Part shown: piece by piece, positions 1 through 14,687 of the stretch
How the letters are laid out: the number at the start of each line of letters is the position of its first letter
Position numbering within the stretch: the first letter of the stretch is position 1
Assembly (NCBI RefSeq): GCF_009914755.1
Contig: NC_060925.1
Origin: the human T2T-CHM13v2.0 reference genome, Homo sapiens
DNA: 64,000 nt
Reading direction: 5' to 3' (one strand)
Notes under the pieces: generated by a model
Told to the model about the DNA's origin: nothing
The model's database searches: none
The model's input: only the letters and a program-made list of their open reading frames with translations
Translations under genes and position numbers: made by a program

Positions 1-53
1 TGACAGACAGTTTATTTGATTCTTATCTCCCCTGCTGAACTTTGTCTTGTATA

Positions 54-1620
54 TCCATTCATTTATTTCCCAAATATTCACTGAGCATCTATTATATGTC
101 AGGCCCTGGCCCAGCACTAAAGATGCAAAGAATAATAAGAAAGCCCTTTCCTGGATTAGGGCACTGTATGAGACAGAAGACAGCATTGCCCCCCGGCAGA
201 ACAGGTGGGGAGTCAATCCATGGGGAGCACATCAGGCATGTTCAGAGATGGTATCTCTTAACTGCAGCAGGGTGGGGGTCCAGAGCAGTCCACATGGAAG
301 GTGGAATTTTCAAATTGTATATAGAAGATAAAAAATAAATATTAATAAGGCAAAAAGGAGGGTGATACTCCAGTTAGAGAGAAAAGCAATTGCGAAACCA
401 TTGAAATATTATTCCATCTCCTTATTGACAAGAAGCATTAACTATTGCCTGGCCAACATGTGCCAAGACACACACTGGACACTGCAGAAACAGAGATTTT
501 AAAAAGTAATTGGTTCCTGATCTCTACACTACATCATGTGAGAGAGTAGATCAGGAAGTAAATAACTACAAAATATGGGGATAAAAATTTCAGAATGAGC
601 TTGGCTAAGGCAACTAACTGCCTGGGAAGGTGAGAGAAATCATGCCCAAGGAGAATTTCCTATGAGTTCAAGGTTGAGGAGGAGAGAGGGAGGACTCGGC
701 TGGCAGAGCAAAAACTCGGAGTTTAAAAAAATAAAAAAAGTCTAGCATATTTTGGAAACTGCAAGTAGCTTTACCCCAGAATCTACGGTAAAAGTAGAAG
801 ACCGAGCTGAAAGTAGACACCAGATTAGTAAGAGTTTTGTTGACCCAACCAAGAGCCTTGGGCCTCATCTTAAATTCAATAGTAAAATTAAGCTTTTGTT
901 TTATAAAATTCACTTCGGCAATGCTGTGGGGGTTGAATTAGTGGTGAGACTCTTTGGAGACAGGGAGACCTGTGATGATGATGCCACAATAAAGGCAGCA
1001 ACCACGGCTGTGAGAGAATGGGGGACCAACTTGAGAGAAATGTGCCTGCAGCTCCCAAACACACCCTGGCTTAGAAGCCTGTGGCTCAGGAGGTAGAATC
1101 TGCAGATCCTGATAGCACATTTGGTGTGAGGTTGAGTAGGAAGCAAGAGTCTGGGATGATCCCAGGTTTCTTGTTAAGTCTTGGTGGACAGGATGCTATT
1201 CACAGAGTCGGAGCCCATAAGAGGAGCAAGAGGGGCATGTTAGGAAAAATGTGGAAGGTGTTGAACTCTGATTTTGTAAAATCAGCTTGAGGTACCAAAG
1301 TACATCCAATGGATGTTAGTATTGGGACCTAAAGCTCAGGGAAGAGGGTGGGCTTTGGGATTCTCTATGCAGAGCTGGTACTTTCAGCAATGGTGGATAA
1401 TAATATCAGCAGCAAGGGTGAAAAATGAAGGTGCAGGTGATGTTGAAAGGATTCAACAGAGGAGAAAGGGCTCGGGAAGGAGAGTAGATGAGGCTGTAAG
1501 TGGGAGTCTACCCATGTCACAGAGGACCAAAAGGGAAGAGGGTTAAAATATAGGACACAACTGTAACAATTACTGCAGTAAAGTCAAATAGGATAAACCC
1601 TGAACCATGTCCATGAGGAT
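54..1620 (-). mobile_element. Fragmented ancient LINE-2 (L2) relics
   Basis: Reverse-oriented L2 3'-end signature (cattcatttattt...aaatattcactgagcatctattatatgtcaggc) followed by typical purine-rich L2 body fragments; boundaries approximate. Confidence 0.55.
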
Positions 1621-3170
1621 TTCGTAGAACATTCTTCCCCCTTTATATAATGAATGAGCAAAAATACACAAATATCAAGAAAAACTTACGCAATGGTGAT
1701 TGATAAACAGTGAAAGGGGAGGATGTATATCTGGTTCCCATGGGCCAGATATGAGCCATAAGGGAGGGAAAACTGGCTGTCCAGGTGGTCTAAAATCCTG
1801 TCCAAGAGGTGAAGATGAGGAATACCAGCCAAGAGAAGCTGTAGGAGAGCTTGCCAATGCCTAGGCGCTACAGGAGCCATGCACAGCTAGACAAAGCAGA
1901 CATGCCTGTTATACTAAAGAACTGTGGCCAACACCCAGCCAGCAGGGAGAGGAGAGTCTGTGAAGGACACATTCAAGTTCTCCACGGGAGAAAGGTCAGC
2001 CATAAGCACCTGCCAAGCCCAGAAAGCTCCTATGCCAGTTCACAAAGTTTTCAGGTCTTTCTTTCTCATTCCTTTGCAGCCCCTACCCAAATGGACAAGA
2101 GGCAGCTGGGTGAGCAAGGGAAGAAAATTAAAAACTTCTAGTAGCTAATAGAGAAGATACTCTTCTTTCCTGTGCAGCCTTCCTTCCTGCAGTAGTACCA
2201 AGTAGGAAAGAGAAGGAAATCCAACATTCAAGGAAAGACCTTCTGATTACTGAAATAAGATTTTTTTTATGTAAATAGAAGTTATTTTTATATAAATAGA
2301 AGTAAGAAATCATGCGATTTCTTAGCATGATTCTAAAAGTCAAGGGCATCTGCTAGAGATTTCATTCCAAGAGAAAGGGAAGAGCCAGCCCCACAGAGAG
2401 GGTTTTAAGAGGCATCAAGAGAAGAAATAGAGTTGCTTTCTGACCATCATGCAGGTTCTGCTTGTTCAACAAGAATTACACAGAGAGATAGAAAAAGGCA
2501 TGGAAAAAAATAGAAATACTTTGCCAAAAAAGCAGCGAGGGAGATTCTAATGGAGTTAAAATTGCTGATACATAGCATGTCCCTGGGCTGATACAATATG
2601 CAGACATACAGGGCCTTCAGACACACACAGAGAGGAACCACTGAATGGCCCAGTGACTTTTTTGGCCTAAATTAAGTTACTATCTTTTATCAATAACATT
2701 GATATCAACCCTTCCTACTCAAAAGTGAAATCATCCGTTAATAGTTAACATTAAAATATCTAATCTTACTGTGAACGCCACCAGGAGCTTTGGCTGGAAG
2801 GCAGGGGAAAAAAATGCTATGGAGAAGGGGTCTGAGGAAAATATTGAGTTGGAGAAGTGGGATTATAGGGCCAACACCAGAAAATGAGAGAATGAGACAG
2901 AAATGAAGACACAGAGAGAGAGGTTCAGCAAACCAATGAAGACACCTGGCCAGCGTTGACAAAAAACGATAGCTAATATGAATAACAAACATTTTTGGGG
3001 GGTACTTCATACAGGGCATCCCCAGTCTTTACAATTCTATGAGTCTAGTGAGGCACTGTAATGGATGAGGGTGTAGGTTTTGCACTTGCAAATATGACTG
3101 GCATGTTATGAGCAATCGACATAAGTTATATATTATCTTAAGATGATGGTGACATTATATCATTTTATAG

Positions 3171-3546
<376 letters not shown>

Positions 3547-4543
3547 AAAAGCAGGATTTAAACCCAGAAATCTGACTTCAGGGTCCTCTTCTAACCCTAA
3601 TCTAGGCAAGCCGGGCTTTGACATTTATCTCTTCTTCCAGCCTCTCGTGGAGGCCCAGCAGCCTAAGAAGCCTGTTCTGTGTTTCGTCTCAGTAGTAGTT
3701 CCTTCCAGCCAGCGAAGGAAGTCACTTAGCCACCAAACCCTAAGTGAAAGGTAAGGCTAGTAGCTGGGATACCAAATGTAACACTGCCAGGAGTGCTGAC
3801 CTTTACAGAGGAAGGTTTTAAAGACTGGAAAGATAATGGGCAAACGTCCTACTGAAAGTCCAGTGACTGATATACTTTGATTCACTGAGAACTTCTTGAG
3901 CAAGAAATAGGAGAGGGAAGAAAGGAGAAAGAGAAAGATAACAATGGCTAGTAGAAATCACTACATTTTTTACATTGCTGTCACAAATGACTGCCATCTC
4001 CATATCTAGATTGGTAGCTTTGGTCCAGAGCTGAACATAGGTGAGGCTGGGTCTCCTGAGATGGGGGTGAGAGCTGCTTCTCAACAGCTTTGAGGAGAGA
4101 GAGCTGATGAACAATATTATGGAAGAAAGAGGAAATTCTTATGAAAGGAGTGAGCTGCACAAAGACTATGACTCTATCGCCAATTATTCCAGTGATAGGG
4201 GGTTAAATCCCAACCCATTCTCCTCTTTTATTTAGGTTCATTTGAGGTTTAATTGAATATGGCATTATTTATCCTTGTGAATAAACCCCATATGAGGTTT
4301 CTCCATCTTCAACTCATGATCTTCTATTCAATAAACACTTGTTAAACTGAAATGAACTGAAGGCCTCAGGTCTCCCCAGTGGCCCAAGGGCCAAAGCCAT
4401 ATTTCCAATAACCACCCAAGAGGGTTCACTCTAACTAAACTCTTCTCAGACTTAAACCCATATTCTTTTAGCACAAATCTGTTCCCCTGTTTCCTCAGCT
4501 CTCATTAAAAGTAATACTAACACCCCAAAACCTGGTGAAACAT

Positions 4544-5060
4544 TGTCCCAAAGAGTTAAACAAACGAGTGACTAATACAAATTCTTGAGTTTACATGATA
4601 GTAGATTTTAAAAAAAGAACAACTTGCTGAAATGCTGAAACTCTCTCCATTTGTAAGATAACAAAATTGGCTGAAGTCATTGGAGCCAATCTGGCAGACT
4701 GGAGTCTGCACAGAAAAAGCGTGCTGATGTCACAGCCAAATTTCCACTGCATGTTTCATACTGACCCTCCCCGAAACTGCACATGTGACCCATGAGGTAG
4801 CATGAAGAGATAACTTCCCATGCCCGAGGACTTTTTCCAGCCCTCCCTTTTCCTTCCACCAGTCACCTACTAATACCAGAATCTAATCCCTAACCTTTCC
4901 CAATAAAATGACTGCCTTAAAGCCAGCACAGGGAGACAGATTCAAGCTAAACTCTTGTCTCTTTGATGGTCTAGTTGCAGTAAAAAGCTTTTCTTTTCTC
5001 AAAAACCTGGTGTCATCGTATTGCCTTCTAGTACACTAGGAAGAAGCCCTTTTGCTCTGG
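4544..5060 (+). mobile_element. ERV1-class solo LTR (subfamily not assigned)
   Basis: Starts TGT; LTR-like body (aacttgctgaaatgctgaaactc...ccaat...ctggagtctgcacagaa); 3' poly(A)-signal-like segment gtaaaagcttttcttttctcaaaaacctggtgtc. Recognised by resemblance only. Confidence 0.6.
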
Positions 5061-5889
5061 AGTCATCTTCAATTCTTAATTTTCTGCACAGTCAGTAAAT
5101 AAGTCCCATGAATCTACCTGTCTAATGAGGTCTTTCTCATGGGCACCCAGACCCATGACTGCCTTCCTTCAGATGTGGAGATTTTCATAATTTCTTTAAA
5201 ACAGTCTCATTCGACTTTTACTTCACCACCCCATCTCCCAATCCATCCTAATATTTAAATACCTTAGGCATAATCATGTCACAATTTTAATCAAAAGTCA
5301 CTAGAGATTCATTCGTGATGACTGCCACGATGAACCTCCTAAACCTGAGTTCAGGCACCCTGTGTCTAAGCCTACCCACCTTTCGCACTCCAGCCTCCCA
5401 TCGCCACTCCTAACACACCCCCATTCCAACCACAAAGACCCTGGTCAGGCCTTTAAAAAAGGCAAGGAAGGAATTCTGAGAGGCAAATCTTTGTGCCCTA
5501 AGGCAGGATCTGGGGCTAACCCAATTGTGTGGGGTGGTAAGAAGAGGTTTCAGAATCTCACATTAGAAAAATAAAGAAAAGAAGAATGTCAAAATGGCAG
5601 TGATCAATTCAGGGTTGCTCTCCTAGAAGGGTGGGGAAGGAGCAGGTTCAGAGGAATTAAACTTTGAGGGTGGAAGAGGAGCTGGAGACCATGTGTCAAC
5701 AGTGGGCCAGCTTTTCTGCTCCCAGCAACAATGAGCCTCCCATCCTCAGAGCCCAGGACTCTTCACTGCAGCCTCATTTTACCAGCCTGAATGTTGAGGG
5801 GTCTAGGGAGGGGTGGGACAGCCAAGGGGGGTGATTCATCATGGCTCTATTCTGGTGTTCAGGGCTTGTTGTGCTGGGAGCTATGGAGT

Positions 5890-5945
5890 CACACAACAAT
5901 TGCCCCTCGATGATGCTGCAATGACCTCATAAGTGGAGGTCATTT
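5890..5945 (+). promoter_or_regulatory. LELP1: LELP1 proximal promoter elements (CRE/nuclear-receptor-like TGACCTCA, AGGTCA half-site, SOX-type AACAAT); no TATA box
   Basis: ATGACCTC-ATAAGTG-GAGGTCAT inverted repeat at 5921-5943; AACAAT at 5895-5900; lies just upstream of exon 1. Confidence 0.5.
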
Positions 5946-5964
5946 CCCCTGCCCCCACCCCCAG

Positions 5965-6073
5965 CTTCCTCAGATCTGGGCAGAGGAACCAAAGGGAAAA
6001 GCCACCTTCCCAGGCACAGCCATAACATCCACCTCACTCAACTGCTTGTCAAGTTCACCACCAACACAGAGGG
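5965..6073 (+). other. LELP1: LELP1 non-coding exon 1 (5' end approximate)
   Basis: Ends at a strong donor GGG|GTAAGT (intron starts 6074); matching acceptor ctcatatttctttgcag ends 7228; typical two-exon simple-EDC layout. Confidence 0.75.
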
Positions 6074-7186
6074 GTAAGTTGCATTTGGACAGGTGGAAGT
6101 GGCCACTCTTTGGCCTCTTCTACCCTGGGAGTGACCTGAAGTACCCCACGCACTGAGCAGGGTTGGGAAAGTCATGTTTGAATGAAAGTTTCCTGTTATT
6201 TTCAGTGGTAAGAACTGGTGTGTGCTTCACCTTGGAATAGAGTCTCAACAATTTTAGAGTTCAACTTAATAATATGCCTCCCCAGAGAGCTATACTGATT
6301 TTAAAACAAAATTTAAAATGTTATTTTTATATTGTTAAAAGAAATCAAAGAAATATAACCAATTAGATCCAACTTGAAGTATTGTGAGGGACTGAAAATC
6401 CCTGTCCATATCTAGGAGTTAAACTGTCCGTGCAGAAATGCCTAGCTCAGGGCAAAACTCAACAGGAGAGAAAAGGAATTCCCTTCTGAAAATCACATTT
6501 TGTGGCTCTATCATTCAGATTTTCAGAGAAATTGGAATTTCGTGGTTCATCTCCTGATTTCTTCCCTTACCCTATTATTTATCAGAACCTGGATGGAGAC
6601 AAAGGAGTGGGCAGTTCTAGAGTAGCCCATGGGAACCCACTCATGGCAGGGATTAAATTACTTTCCCTCCCATGGCCTCTAGTAAAGAAAGCAATTCTCA
6701 AGGTTCAGGGAACTTAGGTGGGACACAGGATTGAAAGCAGTGTCCTAGGCCCCCAAGTCTGCTAGTGTACCTCCCATCTATCTTCAGAGGAACAGGAAGT
6801 GGCCTTAGAGGAGCGAAACTTCTATTGTGCCATGAATGCCTTGAGCAATCTGGTCAAACTTAGGGACTCCTTGGAATCATGTTTCTAAATGAATTAAATA
6901 CAACATATGGAGTTACAGAGACACCAACTCTACTGAAATACAGTTTCAGTGGGGTGGGGGAGGTGGGGGGTCCAAAACCATAGGTTAAGAACTCCTACTA
7001 GAGTCTATAGCATGGAAGCAAGAATAAGTGAAAAGGAAGCAGAGTTAAGGGTGGAGAGATTAAGAAATGCTATCTCAAACTCATACAAGGATGAGGGCGG
7101 CCCTAAATGAGAAGATGATCTAGAGCCTGAATGCATCTCAGGGAAGACTTTCTTAAGTACAAGGATAAGCTGTAAGAAGCCTGTAG

Positions 7187-7546
<360 letters not shown>

Positions 7547-7636
7547 GGCACTGTGGGCACTACCCAACCCCACCACCACTGCCACCTCCACCATGTACAA
7601 CGCTGTGGGGCTGGAGACTGAAACCATGAACTGACA

Positions 7637-7642
7637 AGTAAA
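7637..7642 (+). terminator. LELP1: Probable non-canonical poly(A) signal AGTAAA of LELP1
   Basis: No AATAAA near the stop; AGTAAA ~90 nt after the stop, followed by a GT/T-rich downstream element (7672-7713). Confidence 0.6.
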
Positions 7643-8230
7643 CGTGTTCCTCTGCTGTGCAAGACTTCTCCTGGTGTTTCTGGTGGGTTTTGATTTGTTT
7701 TGTTTGTTGTTTTACAGCACTAAACCACCAACAAGCAATCCCTGAGAAGTGAGGCTAGAACCCTGCACTCTCAACAACCTTTGAGAACTGACTTTCCCTC
7801 TGACCCCACCTGCTGCTTAGAGGCAGGTGCCCACTTCTGAAGGGTGTACCCAGGTAATGCCAGGCTGTGTTAGAGCAAAGCCTGAGAGATCCATAAATAT
7901 GGTTGCAGCTGTGAAAGCGTCTAACGCCAGGAAGCAGGAAAGAGATGGTATGAGGGAGAAAGAGGAGTAGAATATTGGTGAAAGGTCCAGGAAGGCTCAG
8001 GAAAAGGCATTGTACTACTTTTCTGTTAGTCCTGTTGCATAATGCTTATGCAGAAGGGCTCTCAGTACAGGCTGCATGGGTTTAATGCAACTCTATCTCT
8101 GCTCCCTAACACCTTGTAACCTTAGGCAAGTTGCTTAACTTCTTTGTGTCTCAGTTTTCCTCTCTTTGCAAAAGGAATGATGATGCTAACAGTACTGCTG
8201 TTATGAAGTTGTTGTGAGGCTAAAGAATTA

Positions 8231-8543
<313 letters not shown>

Positions 8544-10339
8544 GAGTTAACAAATGCCAAGTGCCAGGTTTACAGGGACATAGTGAGTTGGTGAAGGAGC
8601 ACCCCACACCCACCGCAGTGTAACACTCATCACACCTGAACTTCATTGCTTTGTGTAATTCTTCTTAGCCTGTAAATCTCCTGACCACAGGAGTCAGGCT
8701 TTGACATCTGTAAGCATACAGTTAGACATTCTTTTAAAAATATTCAAAAAGGAGTTACAGATTATACCACTATCTGTTACCTGGCTCTAATACTGAACTA
8801 TAGTTACATAACATGTCACTAGTGGAAGAATCCCAGTGAAGGGTACATGAAACCTCTATTTTTGCAACACTCTGTGAATCTATAAAATTTCAAAATAAAA
8901 ACTTAAGTACAAAAAACTAGATATTGTACATATCTGGGACCTCAATTAGGAATGAATAGGGAAAGCCTTCATAGCTGATGTGTTAGTGGAGATTATTTAC
9001 AAGTAGTTAGAGAAAGTCCGTGTCAAACTAGCTTAATTCACAAAACAGAATTTATCAGCTCATGCCGAGAAGGGTTTGGGAACAGGGCATAGGATTAAAG
9101 GGAGAACTGTAGGAATCAAGACTTCAAGGCCTGGGATCAGGGACCCACTCACCATCTCAGCCACTCTCATCTCGCCAGCCTCTACAATGCCTCAGAATAT
9201 GTCCCATCCTCTCCTAGTGCCCCCCACCCCGCCATTCAGTAAGGTCCTGGGCCAGTTGCATACCCAGCTTGTTGACAGGTTGGGCACAAGGATATTCCTA
9301 TTTTCACCAGGAGAGGAACCTGATTGCCTAGAAGGTCACGAGCATGCCCCGTGGCCAAGCAGATGACAGAGCTTTGACGCACAGACAAACCAGTTGTGAA
9401 TTGTTTCGGTGCACTGCACATAAGCAGCGATACAGTGAACAGCATTTAAGGATTCCCTGCTATCATCGTAATAGATAACTGAAGAGCCAAATCTGGGATG
9501 GCTCCCTATGGAACCATTACACAAAACTAGCTCTCATCCTTCTGAGCCTGAAGGATGGTTCAGACAGCGAAGGGTTTGGCAAGTATAGAGAGTCCAAAAT
9601 GTGTCAAAGAAAAAATAACTGGGACCCCACCAGCCTGAGTCTGTACAGTCAGCTGGTGACAGAGCAGGCTTTTAGAATACGTGAAGTAGGCGGAACATTT
9701 AAGGCACCGCCCCCTTGTTTTCCAGGTGTGACATGAGGAGACCTTGAGGTCTCAGGGTCTTCTGAGGCACTGAGGTTCCCATACTCTAGATCCCTGCAGA
9801 GAGGCACTCACTGGATGCCAGGAGCCTCTGAAAGTCTAGTTTAGAGCATTGGGGACTGTGGTAACAGGTGGAAACCCCTTCAGCTGTGGGCAACAGGTGG
9901 AAAACCCTTCTACCTCACAGGAAGTCAAAAAGGAGGAAGGACAGAAGAAAGGGAGAGAGAGAGAGAGATAATAGAACAATAACATGGCGTCTTCATCCAT
10001 GGTCAACAGACCATCCTCTATTAAATGGTCACTTTTAAATAATAAATCCTGAACCCAGTGCTAAAGAGTGTACTACAGTTGGTGGGAATATAAATAGACA
10101 AAAATCCTTTTAGAAAACAATTCAAGGAATGTGGGAATATGTATCATCAGAAGCATTAGATGCTTCAACTCTTTGGCCCAATGGGTCCACTTCATAGAAC
10201 CTATTCAAAAAAAAAATTGCAAAATGGTGGGTAGGGGAGCTATATAAATAAAGGTGATTATCACAGCATAACTTAGAAACAATTTAAATATCTAACAAGG
10301 TTTGATTAAGTAAACTTGAACCTATTATATGATGAAACA

Positions 10340-10495
10340 TTGTTTTAAGACATTAAATTTAATAATACATTAATAAATTCATTACATTAAATTTAATAAT
10401 TTTAAAACATTAAAATAAATTTTAATTTATTTAATTTTAATGTATTAACCTATTCAATGTATTAAATTAATTTAATACATTAAAATGAATTAAAG
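10340..10495. repeat. AT-rich low-complexity, quasi-palindromic tract
   Basis: Almost pure A/T; perfect 26-bp palindrome AATGTATTAAATT|AATTTAATACATT at 10456-10481. Confidence 0.8.
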
Positions 10496-11014
10496 AAAGT
10501 AAGGCCTCAATTGAAAATATAACGTAAAGCCATTATCTTTAACCAAAACCTTCCTTGATAATAATGGTAATAATAATAACAAAAGGAAATGTGTAGATAT
10601 TCTCATTATTTTAAGACAATGGGGATATAGGTAACTAGTAGTTTATTTCTATTTTAATCTGGATTTTCACATGTTTTTGTTTCATGATGGGTTAAAAAAG
10701 AAGTAATCATGAAATAATCAACAATTTATGAAATAATCATGACTACTTCAGAGACCCCCAAAGTCCTTTATTTTACTCAATGTACAAACACAGGGAAGGA
10801 AGAATGTCTTAGGAAGTATGCACCACATCGAAGGCACCTCGCCGTGGATGCCTTCCCTCCAGGGGCAGGATCTCAGTCCCAGGCCAGGCAGTACGCGTCA
10901 GGGGGCTGTGCCCTCCCAGGTGGTTCTGCAAACTCTGGGCACAGCCTGAAAGGAGGCAGCTCTGGGAACATGAAACCATTCATTTCCAATTTAGGTCTTG
11001 TTTCTCCCATGTAA

Positions 11015-11454
<440 letters not shown>

Positions 11455-12329
11455 AAGATAGACATCTCTTAATGGCTACTTTCCCAAAAAAAAGCTGGAT
11501 CAAAGGCAATTCTGGGGAAATGGTTGGGACATGATGAGGGTGCCACCTCCCTGCAGAATCCCATAATTACTCCCAGCCCCAGCGGCAGTCACCAGGGTTC
11601 TGCCCCAAACAGTAGAGGGCTGTATAAATAAGCAACGCCTGAAGAGTGGCATCACAAGAATCTGTGCAGCACCAGGCTCGATGGCTCCCAGATAACAAGA
11701 CAGGCAGGACCAAGGCCTCTCCCTTCATGACAAAGCAGTTCTGAGGATCCATTAAGATGGTCACAAAAGGAGCCTCCACCACAGACCCCTTTGCCTTGTG
11801 CTTTCTTGAGAATCAGGCAGAGTACAGCTAGCCTTCTAAAAGGGCTTCTAAGCCCTCCCAAATCAGGCAACTGGCTGTGAGGTGGGCTGGCGCTGTGAGG
11901 GCTGGGCACAGAACCTCGGGGTTGTCTGGCTTTGAAGCTGAAAGGAACCTTAGAGATCTTTTTCCTGCATCCTCCACTCCATGCATGAATGCCAACTGGG
12001 GAGAGGGGAGGAAGTAACCAGTTACCAAACGTCCTATTTTTCCTGTCCTGTTCCCACAGGACCAAGATTGCAGCTCAGCACACGAGCACAGGCAAATTCT
12101 AGAAGGCTTTATTAGTGATAAGTCATAACTGCTTCCATGTCACAGCGGTTGATGCTCAGCAAAGAGATCAGTAAAAACACTAAGCCGTTTGCCAAACACA
12201 TAAAGATTTTAAAATACAAACTGATGGTAAAATGCATACCAGGATATTTTCAGCTGTACCTGTCTTCCAAGTGCAGGAAATCTCATATGTCTCATCTCCA
12301 GAGCTATATGCTCCCTCCCAGGCTCAAAG

Positions 12330-13010
12330 GAAACTCTTCTCAGACTAAGGAGTCATGGCTTTTTCCCAGAAATGTGCTCATCATCTCTCACCTACACCAT
12401 TCAACCCTCCTAACTGGCTTTCGAAGTTCACCTTCCTCCAGTTCTTACTCCAGTGGAAGCCAGCCAAGGCAGTCTTGCTAAAATTCAAATTTATACATGA
12501 TGTCCTTGCTTAAAATCCTTGAGTCTCCCCTTTGCCTAGAGGGCAGCTCAAATAACATTCTGTCATGCAAAAGCCTTCAGAATCAAGCCCCTGACTCCTT
12601 CTCTAGCCATAAGGCCATTTCTCCATCTCCTTCTAGAACTTTACAGCCCAGTAACAGGTAACTGCTGGCATTTCCTGGCACACAACACAGAGTCTCTGGC
12701 CTTTGTGACTTTACACCCCCTTCTCTATCATTTTGCTCTGCCTCCACTGAATCTTCCTCTGAATGATCCTCCTGGGCAAATCCTCATCCTTTAAGTCAAC
12801 TCAGGGGTCACCTGCTCCAAAAATCTTCCCCACATCCCACCCCCAAACTGGTTAGATGCCCCACTCTGTGGTCTCAGAGCTTCCATGCCTTCCTCCCCTT
12901 ATCACTTCACATTCTGGCCACGTGTTCGTAACCTGACTCTCCCACCAGCCTGCCCTTTGAGAAGGGGCAGCCGGGCATGCATCGCTGACATGCAGTAATA
13001 ACCAATGATT
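12330..13010 (+). mobile_element. L2 relic
   Basis: Pyrimidine-rich L2 3' region motifs (ctcctaactggc...ccttgcttaaaatcctt...caactcaggggtcacctgctcc); approximate. Confidence 0.55.
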
Positions 13011-14169
13011 GGATGCTCAGAGGCTGCAGAGCCACTTTCCCAAACAAGAGAGGATTGCTCTGGACTGAGCCCCTGTCCACTGTGCTCCTTAATCTCGTGG
13101 CATGGAGTTATCCCCAGAATGCGACAGCGGGGAGAGGGGAAGGGGACTCAGCATGAATGGCCTGGGGCTGAAAGGCAGCCCTGGCCCTTGTTGCAGTCTT
13201 GTCCTTGGCCACTTTCCCCTTCAGCCACAAGATACAGATCCTGCCAGCCCTCCTAATGCCTTGCCAGGAAGATGCAGTCTACCTCCATGTGGGTCCCTCA
13301 CCTCGGGCAGCAGCAAGGAAAGGGAAAGGGCTTGGCATCCTACAGACATGGGCTCCAAGCAAGCACTGCACCAGCCAGCTGTGGAGCCGGGCAAAATGCT
13401 TCGCCTCAGTGGGAGAAGGGAGCTCTTCACCTGAGGAATGAGAAGAAAAGTCTCACCAAGGGGCAAGGTGGGGTGATGAAGTCAGATAACTTATATCAAG
13501 CCCCTAGTGTGGGCAACTGAACTTAGGAAGCCAAGATGCCAACAGTACTCTAGTATCTATGTACACACTCGGAGTCACAACTCATCACCTACTGCAGCAA
13601 AAGCTTCCTGCTATCTGTTGTGAGAAGCAGTGCATTTGAGGGAGAAACAGGGAGTTCCACAAAAGGATGACAAATATCTCTGAAGGCAAGTAGAGTTAGG
13701 GGCCACCTCACCACCCCATTCCCAGGTTGGGCCCACAGTAGGAGCCAGAAGGAGATGCTCATATTGCCGAATATCAGAGCTGAACGTGGCATTTAAAATA
13801 TCCTCAGTGTCTACATGAGGAAGCGAAGGTCCAGAGAGGGGAACAACCAAAGTCACAGCGTGTCGGTTGTAGAAAGCATCCAGGATTTCTAATCCTGATT
13901 TAGGCCAAGGTTCGCCAGAAATCAAACTCAAAAGGGAAAAAGTTGAAGATCTACAACAAATTTAAGTAACTGGGGAACATCCTTCCTCCCCACCATCTGT
14001 GTTGGTGATCTTTGACCTGAAGTCCCTGAACACCCTATAGATGACGGCATGTACATGTGAGTATTTCCTGTGATCCCAAACTGTGAACAGCCACTGGCTG
14101 GTCTGTGTCTTTGTTGTCTTCCCAAAGCTTATAAGGAATCCCCAATACACTGGTCTGCTAAGTGTTTTT

Positions 14170-14687
14170 GTTTTTGTTTTTTAATTATTATACTTTAAGT
14201 TTTAGGGTACATGTGCACATTGTGCAGGTTAGTTACATATGTATACATGTGCCATGCTGGTGCGCTGCACCCACTAACTCGTCATCTAGCATTAGGTATA
14301 TCTCCCGATGCTATCCCTCCCCCCTCCCCCCACCCCACAACAGTCCCCAGAGTGTGATATTCCCCTTCCTGTGTCCATGTGATCTCATTGTTCAATTCCC
14401 ACCTATGAGTGAGAATATGCGGTGTTTGGTTTTTTGTTCTTGCGATAGTTTACTGAGAATGATGATTTCCAATTTCATCCATGTCCCTACAAAGGACATG
14501 AACTCATCATTTTTTATGGCTGCATAGCATTCCATGGTGTATATGTGCCACATTTTCTTAATCCAGTCTATCATTGTTGGACATTTGGGTTGGTTCCATT
14601 ACTGGGTATATACCCAAAGGACTATAAATCATGCTGCTATAAAGACACATGCACACGTATGTTTATTGCGGCATTATTGACAATAGC
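14170..14687 (-). mobile_element. Young 5'-truncated, 5'-inverted L1 (L1PA2-like)
   Basis: Reverse L1 3'UTR/ORF2 end 14170-14598 plus a sense-oriented ORF2 piece 14596-14687; TSD GCTAAGTGTTTTT at 14157-14169 and 14686-14698; GAG (not the Ta-type ACA) at the 3'UTR diagnostic site. Confidence 0.92.

Noticed and set aside
11620-11635. TATA-like TATAAATAA (also CATAAAAG near 49143 and CTATAAAT near 56776)
   Set aside because: No downstream splice donor, exon or CDS, and no adjacent AP-1 site; expected by chance.
13190-13340. Short matches to PRR9 (ctacctccatg, tgccaggaag, aagggaaag) suggesting a PRR9-like pseudogene
   Set aside because: Matches are too short and not in a consistent frame or order, with no acceptor or Gln/Cys periodicity.
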